Shown here: positions 12,021 through 24,425 of the stretch, piece after piece
How positions within the stretch are numbered: position 1 is the stretch's first letter
Layout: the number at the start of each line of letters is the position of its first letter
Source: Camelus ferus
Taxonomy: Eukaryota
Direction of reading: 5' to 3'
Length of the DNA: 64,000 nucleotides
Assembly (NCBI RefSeq): GCF_009834535.1
Contig: NC_045696.1
Span: 53,508,001 to 53,572,000, forward strand
The notes under the pieces: model-generated
Seen by the model: the letters and a program-made list of their open reading frames with translations, nothing else
Databases searched by the model: none
Told to the model about the DNA's origin: nothing
Position numbers and translations under genes: made by a program

Positions 12021-14255
12021 TCTTTAAAGATAATATCCAAAGCAATTGGACTGTACAGCAAGATAAATTGCAGAAGCACTAGCAAGAAGGCAAAATAATA
12101 ATAATAATACAAAAAAATAATAAAATAAAATAACTGACTTCATTATTTCATTTTGTGAAGACAATTTAGGTTACCCATTGAGTGTAGAGATTTACAAAAA
12201 AGTTAACAATCCACAATTTCAGGGGGTTTATAATCTAGCTAGGGGGCTTTCCTACACCTATGTGAAAAACAGTGACACAAGGAATATAGCCTTAGGAAAG
12301 TGAGAGAAGAATTAGTTAAGAAATGGTCCTCACATGCCTATTAACGTATATAATTCTATGCCAGGCACAGCAAAATACAAAAACATTTTGTAAACAAGGT
12401 TAGTATTTTACTAATTATATTATACTAAAATACTAATTATAAAGCATTACTTTGTAATTTAACAGGAAAAAAAACACGCGGAATTCCTTGAGAAAGACTG
12501 CTAGGGAGCAAAGCAGTCAAGGAAAGCTGGCTGCCAGCTATGTTGATACGTAAAGTAAAAGGACATAAAGTAGAAGAACGTGTGTAAAGATACATGACAA
12601 TCTCCAGAAACACTTCCAGGTAGGTGAGAGGTTTGAGCCACTCAGAGGGAAATGAAGCCCATGTGTTGGCAGGGTGCTGACAGGACCGTCTGTACAAGTG
12701 CTCCAGCACACCGTGAAGGGAGTGAGCCAGCGGTCTGCGGGGGTGTGAGGCAACAGGCCTTGGCCAGAATTGAAGTGGGCCAGAAATAAGGGTACCGAGC
12801 GATGCCACTGGGGAAGAATGGTGTGGACCCTTGACAGGGTGTCTTGAATTCTGGGTTTGGAGCGAAAATGTGACTCAGATGTTCAAGAACCCTTTTGGTG
12901 GGTTGGGGTAGAGGCAAAGAAAAGATTGAAAACTGTAAAGCATGAATTGTATGTAGGAGAGACTCAAGTCAACAACGCGAAGTGAATAGACCCCTAGACT
13001 AAGGCAGAGGCTGAAGGGTCAGAGATGGAGCTGAATTTGAGAGAGATGGAAAGAGAACTGAAGCAAGGGACTGATTAGAAGTTATTAAGTCCATCCCAAA
13101 CTCACTTTTTGAAGTAACTTTTAATTTTTTTTAATAATAAGTCCAAGGGAAAAGAAAGTTGTTAGAAAAGGAGATAAAGGAAGTGTAGAAGGAAGAGAAA
13201 AATGAGGAGAGTAGGTTAAAAAAGGAAGAGGACTATGACTGTGTGTGTGTGTGTGTTGTGAGTTCATCTAAAAGTATCACCATACTCATAAGTAGTGTCA
13301 GTAAATCAATTCTACAACATTTTCTTTTATCTTTCAATTACTACAGTAGTAGTGGCTTAATATCTATGGTGCATCGAAGGATATTCAGTAATGATAAGCA
13401 TGTCTCTCTCATTGCTGGCAGCATCACAGGATGTATGTTGTACCGGTACAATCCAGGTGCTATCAATAACTTGGCTTTATGCAATAAGATATCATTTCTA
13501 CTGCACATATTTGCTTCCATAATATCAAGAATATGCGGATTTTTTCTCAAGGTATTGCAGAGATATATTTTGAACTACGTGTTGCCTGCACTTAGCATTT
13601 CTCATGAATATTTCTGATACTCATTCACAATGCATGCAGGTGTTAACTACAGCTTAACAAATGCACCAGTGGTTATGAACACATTGTTTATAAATTGTAA
13701 CCTTTGTAGAATGCCTACATTTTTCCAGGCCCTGTAGCACTGAACTCGAGGCAGGGCCCACTCTGCTCTATCCATCTCTTGACAATGCATCCAAGAAAAA
13801 TAGAAAATGATGGCCTCCCAAATCTGCACATTAGTGAACACAAACTCAGCCCCACAGTGACATCTTTCTCCTTAAAAATAATGATGCAGGCTGTCTCCAT
13901 TACTTAAGGAAGCCAGAGCTCACACTGAAAGGTGTCAAAAAACACTGTATTATCCCACTTTGCCTGGAGCTGCCTTGACAGCACCTTTCCTGCCATAAAA
14001 GTAGATTACAGGCAGGGTAATAATCAGCCAAGAAGTTAGTAAAAAAAAAAAAAAAAAAGGGTTCTTTTAAGAGCAGGGTGTGAACCTGTGAACATCATAA
14101 AAAGAGTTTACCACCACACCAACTAAGGGAACAATTAGCTCCCTGCTGCCTTAAACTAACCAGGAACAGCATGGCCCCTCCCTACAGGTTGAAGGGCAGC
14201 AGGGAGTTAATTAGTCCTTTGATGAAGACAATGATGAATGCTCTGCAAAACCTAC

Positions 14256-14287
14256 CAAGTAACAACTGTGCTGAGCTCTAAGGATCT
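14256..14287 (-). other. Candidate 32-nt cassette exon of an unidentified minus-strand gene
   Basis: Minus strand reads [96-nt AG-free pyrimidine tract]ttcaccag|AGATCCTTAGAGCTCAGCACAGTTGTTACTTG|gtaggt. No transcript evidence is available. Confidence 0.4.
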
Positions 14288-14952
14288 CTGGTGAAAGGTG
14301 GCGCAGGAATGTGTAGAGACAAACCAATATGGGAAGAAGCGAGAGACAGATGGGAAATAAAGAAGGGAGAGAGACAGGAGACGAACTAGGTGATACTCAG
14401 ACAGGCAACAGAAGGAGCAAGCAAGTGTCAAAGACAAAACAGAAGAGACGTCAAACCGAATTCAGAGTTGAGTTCAACAAATTTAACGCACTCCAGTTCA
14501 GCAGGACTTCTCTAAGATGTTCACCAACTGTGCACAATTACAACAAAGGATGATCCCCAGGTGAGCACTAAAGAGGTCCCCTAAGGGAACCACAATAGCA
14601 AGTATTCTATTATTTCTCTTGGTTTTCCTCTTGCCCCCCTAATTAACTCAGTGGACTCTCACCAGACAACACTGAGATTCTAATGAGACGCGGAACTCAA
14701 TACAGACCCTAGATTAAGGAGAGCCAATGTGTTCATGTAAATCATTGAAAATGTTGTGAGGGGAAGAAAACCCATGTAGGAAAAGAGCCACAATTGGAAC
14801 TCTTGTCTGTTCCCTTGAGTTAGATTTGCCTGTCTCTAGGAGACCAGTAGATTTCCTCTGAGTTCTCCAACTGGAGGAAGACTGTCACCACCATGTTGGT
14901 CTCCAGGTTATTATGTTCTTCTTTATATTGATGTGCCTTTATGGCACAAATA

Positions 14953-15190
14953 ATGATGATAGCGCTGTTTATTGAAATCTTAATACATGCCACTCATGCT
15001 AGATGCCAAAACCATGATCTTTAATCCTCAGCGATGGTCCTATAAGGAATTATTATTGGCTTCATTATTGAGAATTTGGTGCTGAGAGCTCAGAGAAGTT
15101 AAGTACATTTCCCATGCCCAGGTCAACAAAAAAACCTGATGTTCAAGCCCACGTATGTGGATCCCAAAGTTAAATCTGTTTTACTCATCT
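14953..15190 (-). mobile_element. MIR SINE
   Basis: tttattga...tttaatcctca...gctcagagaagttaagtacatttccca. Confidence 0.65.
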
Positions 15191-15734
15191 GCTTTTACCT
15201 CTTACTTTTTAATAACTGAAAGTTGGAATTTTACTAAGCAGCATACTCTTTTATAGCCAGTATAAAAGTAGATTAAAATTTTTGATTTGCCAAGCAGAGA
15301 GTTCATAAAACAGTGTGGACTGGGATCATCAGTGTGGCTGGATAAAGATACTAATTCACCAAATCTCAAGACATCTCCCTATTCAATTTCAACTGGTTAC
15401 ATTTTTCAGTGGTACATTCACTATTAGGCACACAGGCTGTTCTCACTCTTGAGGGAGATTCTGCTTCTTAATCCATAGTTGTAAGCTAGAATCTCTGCCC
15501 AGATGGGGAATCCTTCTGAGCGTCTTCACCAGAGGTCCCAGACATTGATATCTTCTTGTTTCTAAATTCTATTCCTTCCTAGGACTTTCTGTTAATTTTA
15601 TGTTTCCTATCTAAGAAATGCCCCTAGATACCAGCTCAGTTGTATAACAAACATGATTGGCATCCCTAGAGAACAGTAAATTCTTTTAAAAAAACTGGGT
15701 TATATACAGCTTTTTGTTCTGAAGGACTAGAACT

Positions 15735-16685
15735 TTGGAATATGCCAAGAATCTGACCACTTCTCATCACCTGCACTGCCAGGACCCCACCCATTAGTCA
15801 AAGTCACCATTGTCTCTTACATGGATGATTCCAACAGCTTCCTACCATGTTGTTCTGCTTTCATCACTGGTTCCCTATTGTCTATTCTCCACCAAGTGGA
15901 GAACAGCTAGAATGATCCTTTGACATTGTATATCAAGATCATGTCCGTCCTCTGCTCAGTACCTCCCCTGGCTTTCCTTCTCACTCAGAGTAAAATCTAA
16001 ATTCTTTACAATGGCCTAGAAAGCCTTATAGAGTCTGCTCCTTGCCTATTCCCCTCCAGCTACATTGGCCTGCTTTCTGTTCCTCAAATATGAGCATTCA
16101 AAGCATGTCCCCACCTCTGGAACTTTGCATCTTCTTGCCCTTATGTTTAAATTTCTTCCGCCAATAGTCATACATCTCTCACCCTCAATTCCCTTGAGTC
16201 TCTGCTTAAATATCACTTTTTCAGGAAAGTCTTTCCTGACAACCCACCAAAAATACTATTTCTCTGATTTAAGATGACCTTTCTTTCTTTTTTTTTTTAA
16301 CTTTAACATCTCTGCAAATTACATGTATCTTACAATTGATGGCACTGTACCATTACAATTGGAAGCTTTCCTGTCCTTCTTGTTGGTGGATAAATATAGG
16401 TGCATATTTGCAAATACTCATGTCTTTGGTTTGATGAATTAGAGTAATACAGCCCTGCCTGCTCGCTCCCACATCACTGCTTTTCATGCCCCATTTTATT
16501 TCTCCTCTGTATCACCCTGCGGTATGCTATATAGTAGCTTAATTATTTGGGTTTCTTTTTCCTTTTTCAACTAGAATATAAGCCATGAAAGGAGGAGCTT
16601 TGTTGCTTTGAGTCACAATTATACTCACACAGCCAGAACCCTGCTTCACGTGTATTAGATGCTCCAAAGAATACTTGTGGAATCA
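15735..16685 (+). mobile_element. L2a-type LINE 3' region, interrupted by MER104
   Basis: gaatctgaccacttctcatcacc...agatcatgtc...ctcactcagagtaaaatctaaattctttacaatggcct..., with the L2 3' terminus near 16570-16685. Confidence 0.85.
16256..16444 (+). mobile_element. MER104-like non-autonomous TcMar-Tc2 DNA transposon
   Basis: tatttc..gatttaagatg...tttaacatctctg...tatcttacaattgatggca...tttgatgaa resembles the MER104 consensus. TA dinucleotides lie on both sides (16254-16255, 16445-16446). Confidence 0.7.
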
Positions 16686-18744
16686 GAGTTCCTCTCTGAT
16701 ATTTCATTCAGATGTGAGCCCCGCCATCTTGCCCATCACCACCATATCCCTTAAATTGAGGAATAGTTAATAGAGAGACACCCGATTCCCGTGGACGGTA
16801 ACGGGGATATAGCTTCTCTCAAAGCCATATGCACAAAAAAGTGGAAGCAAACCACTAACTATCCAGTGAAAAAAACATAAGAATATTTTAAAATAATAAA
16901 ATCTTAAAACATCTTTATAGCCCAAATGAAGAAAAAGTAAACATCTATCAAACACCCTAATAACAGTACGAGCTAACGACTCTGTACTGGAGAAGGATCT
17001 CGGTCAGGTCGTGGAAAACATTTGTTCCAGAACTGTTTCTAAGGTCATTCATTTAGAAATTTGAAGAACAACTCCACTTTAACAACTGATCTCCATTTTC
17101 CACGTGTTCCTACGGATACCCCAACTCAGACAGCATCCGTGACGGAGCACTGTTCCTCCTGTGTGTGTGTGGCTACTGAGAGGCAGGAGGAGCTGCTAAA
17201 ACCCTGAAGCTGCCCAAATGCATCCATTAGTGGAGGATGCACATATTTCCTAATTTCCAAAAGGTGTGAAATATTTTATGCTATTTATATTTTATGGGTT
17301 TTTAAGAGTTTTTTGTTGTAAGCCCCTGTAAATAAATGATTTACCAGTGTAGCCGCTGAACCACAAGATCATTCCCTTTGTTTTGGTAACTCAGTGAAAA
17401 CTTTAAAATTCTATGACTGGGGACCCCCAGGGAGCAGCTCCCAATTTGTTCAAACAAATGAATCTACAGCAAATTCCATGAACTCATCTCTTAACAGCCA
17501 CCAAAAGTTGATGTTTCACATGCTCTTCTGTGGACGTGAGCATTTCAGTGCTTTGTGGACAACAGACTTGCCTGTGGAAATACAGTTGCTTTGAGTGGCA
17601 CATGTCCCTGTCAATGTATCTCCCTCACTAAGGTTATATTTTCTATCTTCTAACTTAATAGCCAGACCAATTTTAAGGAAAATTGGATTGAGAGAAATAT
17701 TCTGAGACTGAAGCTTTCTGTGTCAAATACTGCAGCCTGGGGCCAATTTATACAGCGGGAGGAGACTGGGCACTGAATATGACGACTGACAGACCCGCAG
17801 GAACGCGAGTGCTTTCGGGTGTCACAGTCAACTTCATATATTTTGTCTTGGCTTCAGAGACCCGTAAATAGACACTACCCCCACTCAAAATAACGTACTC
17901 GTGGCGATTCCAGAAGACACCACTCTCCTTTAAAAATAAAAACAGAAACCATACTCCTGTCTTTCAACTCTGGGTCCGAGCTTTCTGGCATTTTCACTTG
18001 AAAGTTTCCCAAAACCTTTGTAGTGAGAGAGTTGAGATTTTTCTGGCTGCTTAGAGTACATGGTTCACTAGATCTCAATGTTCCTAGGACGGCTGATTTT
18101 TCTCCTGTCCTTTCAGTCACAGGACAAGCTCCTGTGTTACCACGCAGTACCATGTCAGAGAGATACTGCTCCAGTGACCCCTTTCCTCCTGCTCACTGGC
18201 TGTTCAGAATATGGTCAGACCTGGAAGAAAGCTTCTTTTGACTCGTCTCTCTCTTATGGTCCATAGGAGGGATGCTGGAAATGTCTGCTTTTTAAAATAA
18301 ACATCACTGCACATTTATTAAAGTTCTTTCAGGGAAAATGAAGAGTATTAGAAATCAGGCTACAAGTGAAGCAACTAGTCATCCAAAAAAAGAAAAAAAA
18401 AAAAGCAGCTCCATGGAGCAGCTGGGTTTGTTTGTATTACTGGTTGATTCCAGGAAAGGTGTTATATAAACCAAGACAAAAAAATGTCATTTAACGCTCA
18501 ACTAGGAAAAGAGCCCTTTAATGAAGCGATGATTTCTCTGTGCTTCACAGCTCATCTACTCCTCCATGCGGGGTGCACACAAACTTCTCCAGGTTGATGT
18601 TATGCTCATCCTTCATAGTCAGCACTCTTTTGAGCAAACTGGCCCTGACATCCCTCATGAGAAATACCTACTAGTGTATAAAACTCTCTGTAAGATAGTA
18701 TAGAGTGGGATCGATAATTAACTCCAGAGCAATGGACATCAAAC

Positions 18745-18890
18745 CATAGTGCTTATAAGTCAACCAAGGAACTTGTTAGAGCAACCGAATCGGAATCTCT
18801 GTGTGGGGCCTGGGAGTCTGAATTCTGATCATACACGTTGGATGATTCGGATACAAATGCACTGTTGGCCAGATCCTTAGAAGTCCTGGC
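18745..18890. mobile_element. MER5-like hAT-Charlie fragment
   Basis: gaatcggaatctctgtgtggggcctgggagtctg...gatgattc resembles the MER5 core. Confidence 0.55.
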
Positions 18891-19259
18891 TCACAGGGGT
18901 GACCTCTCCATGGGAAGTTTATAAGGAAGAACCCTACTCACTTAAAGGCATCTTTCCCCTTAGCCTTATCATATTATCTAATAGACTATTTTTCTAGAGG
19001 TACCGGGAGGTACTGTCTATTAGAATATGAATATATTTACCTAGAAAATAAGTATATTTAATATATCACAGACTGGTAGTATACTGAGCATAGAAAACAC
19101 TTCAACCACGAGCAGCAGTCTGAGTGGCTGGAACAGGGACGAATTAATGGGCCGGCAGAAACACCTGGAATGAGTCACTGTGGCAGGTGCTCAAGCACAC
19201 TAGGGAAACAGTAGGAGGTTGAGGGAGAGCAGGGAGTGAGATTTCTAGATGTGACTAAA

Positions 19260-19680
19260 AATAATACATTCGTCATATCTTTGCATCGCCTTCCAGTTTC
19301 CAGAATGTTTTCATGTACACTTTTCATTTAATGCATTTCTAACCACTGTTGTAAAGAAATTCGTAGTATCTTGTAGATTAGCAAAACGTGTCTAAAGTCA
19401 AATTTTCTGCGTTTAAATGTTTCACTGCTTTCTAGCTTTGTGAGTTCAGTCAGAAAATCTGACCTTTCTGTGTCTCAGTGCCCTCATCTGTGTAACAGGA
19501 ACGATACTGATGCCTACCTCATGAGGCTGTAACAAAGCTCAGTAAGATGAACACGGATTTAGTCATCACAGTGTCTGACACTTAGCAAGAGATCAAATGT
19601 AAACTTTTCTCATTTTTCACTGGAAAAAGAAACTGAGACTGAAAATTAAGTGGGTCAAAATATCTTGCTAAGTAGTCTAT
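19260..19680 (-). mobile_element. Older MIR (antisense), split by a second MIR
   Basis: The left half (cagtttccagaatgttttcatgtacac...catttaat) and right half (ctcattttcactggaaaaagaaactgagact) flank a sense MIR. Confidence 0.55.
19370..19600 (+). mobile_element. MIR SINE
   Basis: ctagctttgtga...acctttctgtgtctcagtgccctcatctgt...cctacctcatgaggctgt...acagtgtctgacacttag. Confidence 0.8.
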
Positions 19681-21199
19681 CGAAGCCTTTCTGCTATGCA
19701 TACAGAGAATATATGTGTATATATATTCTAATTAAAAGAAGAAAAAACAGTGGCAATGTTATCTGTTTATGCCCAATCAGAATGTACAGACTCCACAGCA
19801 GTTTGTGATGAAAAATGCCACAGACCTACAGACATCCCCTGACTCCATAGCAACTGTCCCCTCAACACTCACGCCAAGTAGGACACTCCCTAATGCACCG
19901 GCCAGTGACATCTACTACCTTTCCCGTAGGGAATACGCTATAATAGGAGTAAATCACCTCCAGCCACTCCTGCAAAAGTAAAATGTGCCAAAGTTGTGAT
20001 TTCCTTAAAGCTTTTGCTCTAAGTGTTAAACAGCAACGGTTAGAAGGCATAACGCGAGATCTCCCTTCTCTCACCCTCCTAAGTATTGAACTCCCAATTA
20101 CCCAGTTAGCACTTGGAGCGTGTGCCCTACATTATGTATGGAGGAGAAATACTGACAGTGAGTGCACTTAACTAAGCCCACCCCATGCTCCGAGGTTAAA
20201 GCCAGAGAGTATCTGTGATCAATGCCCTCATGGAGCTGTTAAAAAGTCAGTGGGTACAAGACTCTGTTCTCCAGATGAGCCCCACAACACGCTTATTAAG
20301 TAGAAAAACCACTGGACTAATATGTATCAAGTGGCTAGGTGCAAAGGGAACCTGATCTGGAAAGGATTTTAACCTCTGGTCTGCAGTGTCCCTTCCCTTT
20401 TTGTCCTGTAGCTTTTTAGATAAAAGCTTTCACCCATAAGCACTGCAAGTTATCTTTTTTTTTTTTTTAAACTACGTACACAGTTTTGTTTTTCCTTCAG
20501 CTTTGTTTTAGATTCGCAATTTAGAATTCCCATTAATCTCATGCTATTTGTACAAAAGTCATTATACCCAGCACTGCTGACGGTTGACGACGTGAGTAGA
20601 GAAGCAGGGGTGTTAAGTTTAAACTTCAGGCCCCCAAACAAAACTCTGCCGAGGACTTACACCCCTCAAACTGTAGTCCTCAGGATAAGCATAGGACATT
20701 TCCTGCCTTAAACCACAGGACACTGCAAAATTTCAGTGCAGCATGTATTCTGTGACCCTTAATCTCATGCTAGTTGAATTTTTTTCCTCTATAACATTAA
20801 CTTCAACTCTCAGTGTTTCTAACAAAAGTAATTCTAATGTCTAGCTACAGACATAGTCCTGCTCACTCCGGCTGAACACTCCCCTGCTACACCTCTCCTG
20901 GCTCTGACTTCAGATCACCATGAAAAGTGCTCTCCTGTTGGTTGTCTTTTAGAGTATGGTGCTGATGAAGTTAAAGAGGGCTCACGCCTGATCCGGAATA
21001 CTAGTGGTGACATCATGTTAAGAACCAGGTGGGACAGGATTAGCAGGTCCGGATTCCACTGATAGGACAGCCAGGCCACAGCTAAGCCAGCTTCTGGTGT
21101 GGCTTGTGGTGTGATGACATTTTAGCTATATTCTGCAAACCTTGGAGAAGACAAACTAGTTTCTGAAGTTCATTGTAATTTCAAATTTGTGTATTTGAC

Positions 21200-21725
21200 A
21201 GTATCCTCATAATTTCAAGTGAGAGAATCCCAACTCAGACTAGATTAAGAAAAAAAAAATCTTGGCAATAAAAGATCTAGATCCAAATAGAGATCTAGAA
21301 TCAACTACAGCTGGGTCCAGCTCCTCAAAAGATTAATAATAGATTAATAATCCATCTCTCTGTCTCTCCTTTTGTCCCTCTCGCTCTCCTTCCTTCCATC
21401 CCTCAGCTTTATTTTTCTCTCCACTAGCTTTATTCTCAGGCACATTTTCTTTCCAGATGGAAAGTCTGTTATGTGCAGCTCTCGGAAGCATTTTCACCCC
21501 CATCGCTTTCAGAAGTAACCCAGTGAGGACTCTGAGTCATCAGGCTGGGTCCCATCACCACTCCTGAACCACTCGCTGTGTGGTCAGAGTCAGGTGAGTT
21601 GTTCTCATTGGCTAGTCACGAGTCAGATACCTCCTCCTGGGCCTCTAGGGGCTAGCAGAGTGAGAAGAATGGGAGATGATGTTCTTCAAAGAAAGGGATG
21701 GTTGACAAGCAAAAAAAATTACATT
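21200..21725 (-). mobile_element. MLT1K-like MaLR solo LTR
   Basis: caagtgagagaatcccaactcagactagattaagaaaaa...ctttattctcaggca...tcctgaaccactcgctgtg...attggc matches an antisense MLT1K-type LTR. Confidence 0.7.
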
Positions 21726-22980
21726 TCACTTTATCAGGCATGGTCCGTCCATTTAGAATTGTCCAGCACTCAGCCTAGGTTTGTATCTCAAATAGGGACA
21801 CTGCTTTGGATCACTTTTCTCTTTAAAGCAGGTTACTGTCCAACCTCCATTTTCTTCATTGTGCATTGAGGCAGTCTCCTTGTTCTCCTGTTATGGTGCA
21901 GGGACACTACTGAAGACATCTTTTGTCTACAGACTCCTCTGGTGAAATGTCTCAAGGATTTCTAATGCTGTTCATAACCATACTGAGCTAAAAAGGTTTC
22001 CAACTGCACAGGGAATGTGTTCTTGTGTTGTCCTCCAGGCTTCCTGTGGCCTGCAGCACAATGGTATGAGTACTAGCATACTAATGGGTCTACTGTGGCA
22101 GGGTTCCACTTGACCAATTATGGGGACACGGCAGGCTGGGCACCAACAGTGCTGAACGAAAACCCATCAGGTAGGCCTGGCAAGTTTCTTGGGGACAACA
22201 AAGCTTGTAGGAGAGCAAGCTGTAGTTTTCTGGGTCTTCTAAAGGTCTCTGAACTTTTTAAAGTGAATTAGTAGAGTGGGTTAGTCCTTCCATTTGTCTG
22301 CCATTGACATTTAGAAAAAAATCACAGAGTAAACTGTAGCCAAAGCCATTCTGTTATTCCATGGGTTTCTGACAACTGATGTCCTCCAGAAGTTTGTAAG
22401 GATGCCAGCCAGGATTTCCCACAATATCCAAAATAGGATATGATTTTAATCAAATTAGTGTACTAGACCAAACTAGTCAGATGTTGTTTTGGTGTTGGTG
22501 ATTGAAATGAAAAGGTAAAGCTGTTCTAATATTACACGCCTTCAGCTTTGGGAAATTTTTGGTATTTTTTCCTATTTGTGAATCAGATTGCTAACAGTTC
22601 ACTTTTCATAGAATTGAATATCCAAATATTTTGAGACAAGTAGGACCATGCATGTCTATACTTCTCACCAAGAACTCTAGAAGTGGGCATGTCGTAGTCT
22701 CACATCTTTGTAACGTCAAAGCTCAAGCTGCACCCAGTGTCATTCCTACCACTCTACACCAATGAGGAGACTGATGAAAAGGGAACCAGAGAAATAAACT
22801 TTGGACCTCCAGGAAATATAGATAGATGGTTTTTCCTGTTCCAAACATCTCTCTACACATTTTCCCCCCTAGCTGTCCTCTCCTTTGAATACTAGCTCTT
22901 CCTCAAAACCATCTTTTAAAGCATATCACTAGAGCAGAAACCATATCATATGAGCATCATACACTGACCACGTGGATGCT

Positions 22981-23038
22981 ACTGCGTTTACCTCTGTGGA
23001 TACAGATAGACACTGTCAAACGCAGGGGTAAATGCAGT
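22981..23038 (+). other. Hairpin: 18-bp stem (15 Watson-Crick + 3 G:U) with a 22-nt loop; pre-miRNA-like or decayed palindromic element
   Basis: actgcgtttacctctgtg (22981-22998) pairs at all 18 positions with cgcaggggtaaatgcagt (23021-23038) as plus-strand RNA. Confidence 0.6.
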
Positions 23039-23577
23039 GAGATATGAAAAGTGTGGTTCCATTACCTTCATCAAATGTGCACAAAAATTTTATGTACACA
23101 AGTTAGCAAACCTGTAAGAAACACAATTCCAGTTCTTGCCATACTTACAGACGCAACTAAGATCAGCTGCCTGCATGGGAGTCACAGTTGCTGATTTGCT
23201 GTGTTTTCATCATTTATAATTCCCCCTGATACAACTACTAATTAGCTACTGCTGGTAAACTTACATGTGTGCACAAGTCAATGCTTTGCTGATCTGATTC
23301 CTCCTATTTTCTGACGTATCAGGGGGAAAAGAACCAAAATATGGTTTGGATGGTTTCTATTCCAAGAAGCTAAATATTCCTCAATTACAGTAACTAATTA
23401 GAAAAGCCAGTTTAACACCAAATGCAGTCATCCTGTTTGAGAACTGGCATATTTCGGTAAATAGAAATGTTTTACACACGCCGGATGTTGGTGATTGAAG
23501 CCTCAATATAAAGAAAATATGGGTGCCAGATTGGGGAAAATAATTCACTTTTAAAGTATTTCACTGAGGTTTTACTT

Positions 23578-24055
23578 TGTGGCAGTTTATTAGTCTACTA
23601 GTCAATTGTCTGATTTTCTTTTTCTCTTTCTTACTTAAAAAGCCCAAATTAGGTTCAGAGCAGCATTGTGCTTAGGTTTAAAACTCTTTTCAGTCCCTTT
23701 TGCATTAAGAGATAGCTGTAGTATCTTTTTTCTTGTCAGTGAGATGGAAGTGGATATCTGCTGGAGGTTCCTGGGAAAGCTTTATTTTACTGATGAAAGA
23801 ATATCTGTGTCTGTATCTTCTTTCTGCCCTGAGTAGGACTCAGCATCTGAAGTTGAGGCCCTCGTCCTACAGTCATAAAAGGAAGTCCAGGAATATTGCA
23901 GATACGTTAGTCCTGGCAGCAGTGAGGTACTGAACCAAGAGCTAGAGTCGACTACGTCTAGGCTGCTTGATTTATGAGAAAAATAAACCCTTATTTTAAA
24001 AATCACTACAAAGTGGGTTTTTTGTTACATGCAACTGAACCCATTAAACTGACAC
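23578..24055 (+). mobile_element. MLT1J-like MaLR solo LTR
   Basis: Starts tgtggcag and ends aaataaaccc...tgggttttttgttacatgcaactgaa...aactgacac. Confidence 0.75.
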
Positions 24056-24274
24056 GTGAACTTCATTGCCCCTTACGCTGTTCCAGAGCACCGCGGCAGT
24101 CTCTAACCACCAGATGAAAAGGCTCAGTGTCAGTCAAGACAGTCACAACACAGCCCCTGAATTCCATTCACCTCAAACCCATCACAGTTACATGAACGTC
24201 TGAAGTACACTTTTCAGGGAGTTTTCTGATAGCCATTGTACACTTGCTGATTGTTTACTTAATATTTGCAAGCT

Positions 24275-24425
24275 GTAATTAACCTCTTTTTCTAAGTAAA
24301 GGAAACTAAGGGTCAGAGAGGACAAGCACTGTTTTTAAGGACACAGAGCTCAAACATGACTAAGCCCAGACTGAAGCTCAATTTTTCGGATTCCAGGTCT
24401 GGTTTTACTCTGTAACACACTGCAC
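24275..24425 (-). mobile_element. MIR SINE fragment
   Basis: aaggaaactaagggtcagagagg...aaggacacagagct...gattccag. Confidence 0.65.

Noticed and set aside
14470..14560. Bromodomain-like peptide (QFSR/DFSKMFTNCAQ/YNK) on the plus strand, followed by CAG|GTGAGC
   Set aside because: It needs two frameshifts within about 15 codons, has nearby stops, lacks a good acceptor and has no other bromodomain segments. Most likely chance; a tblastn search would settle it.
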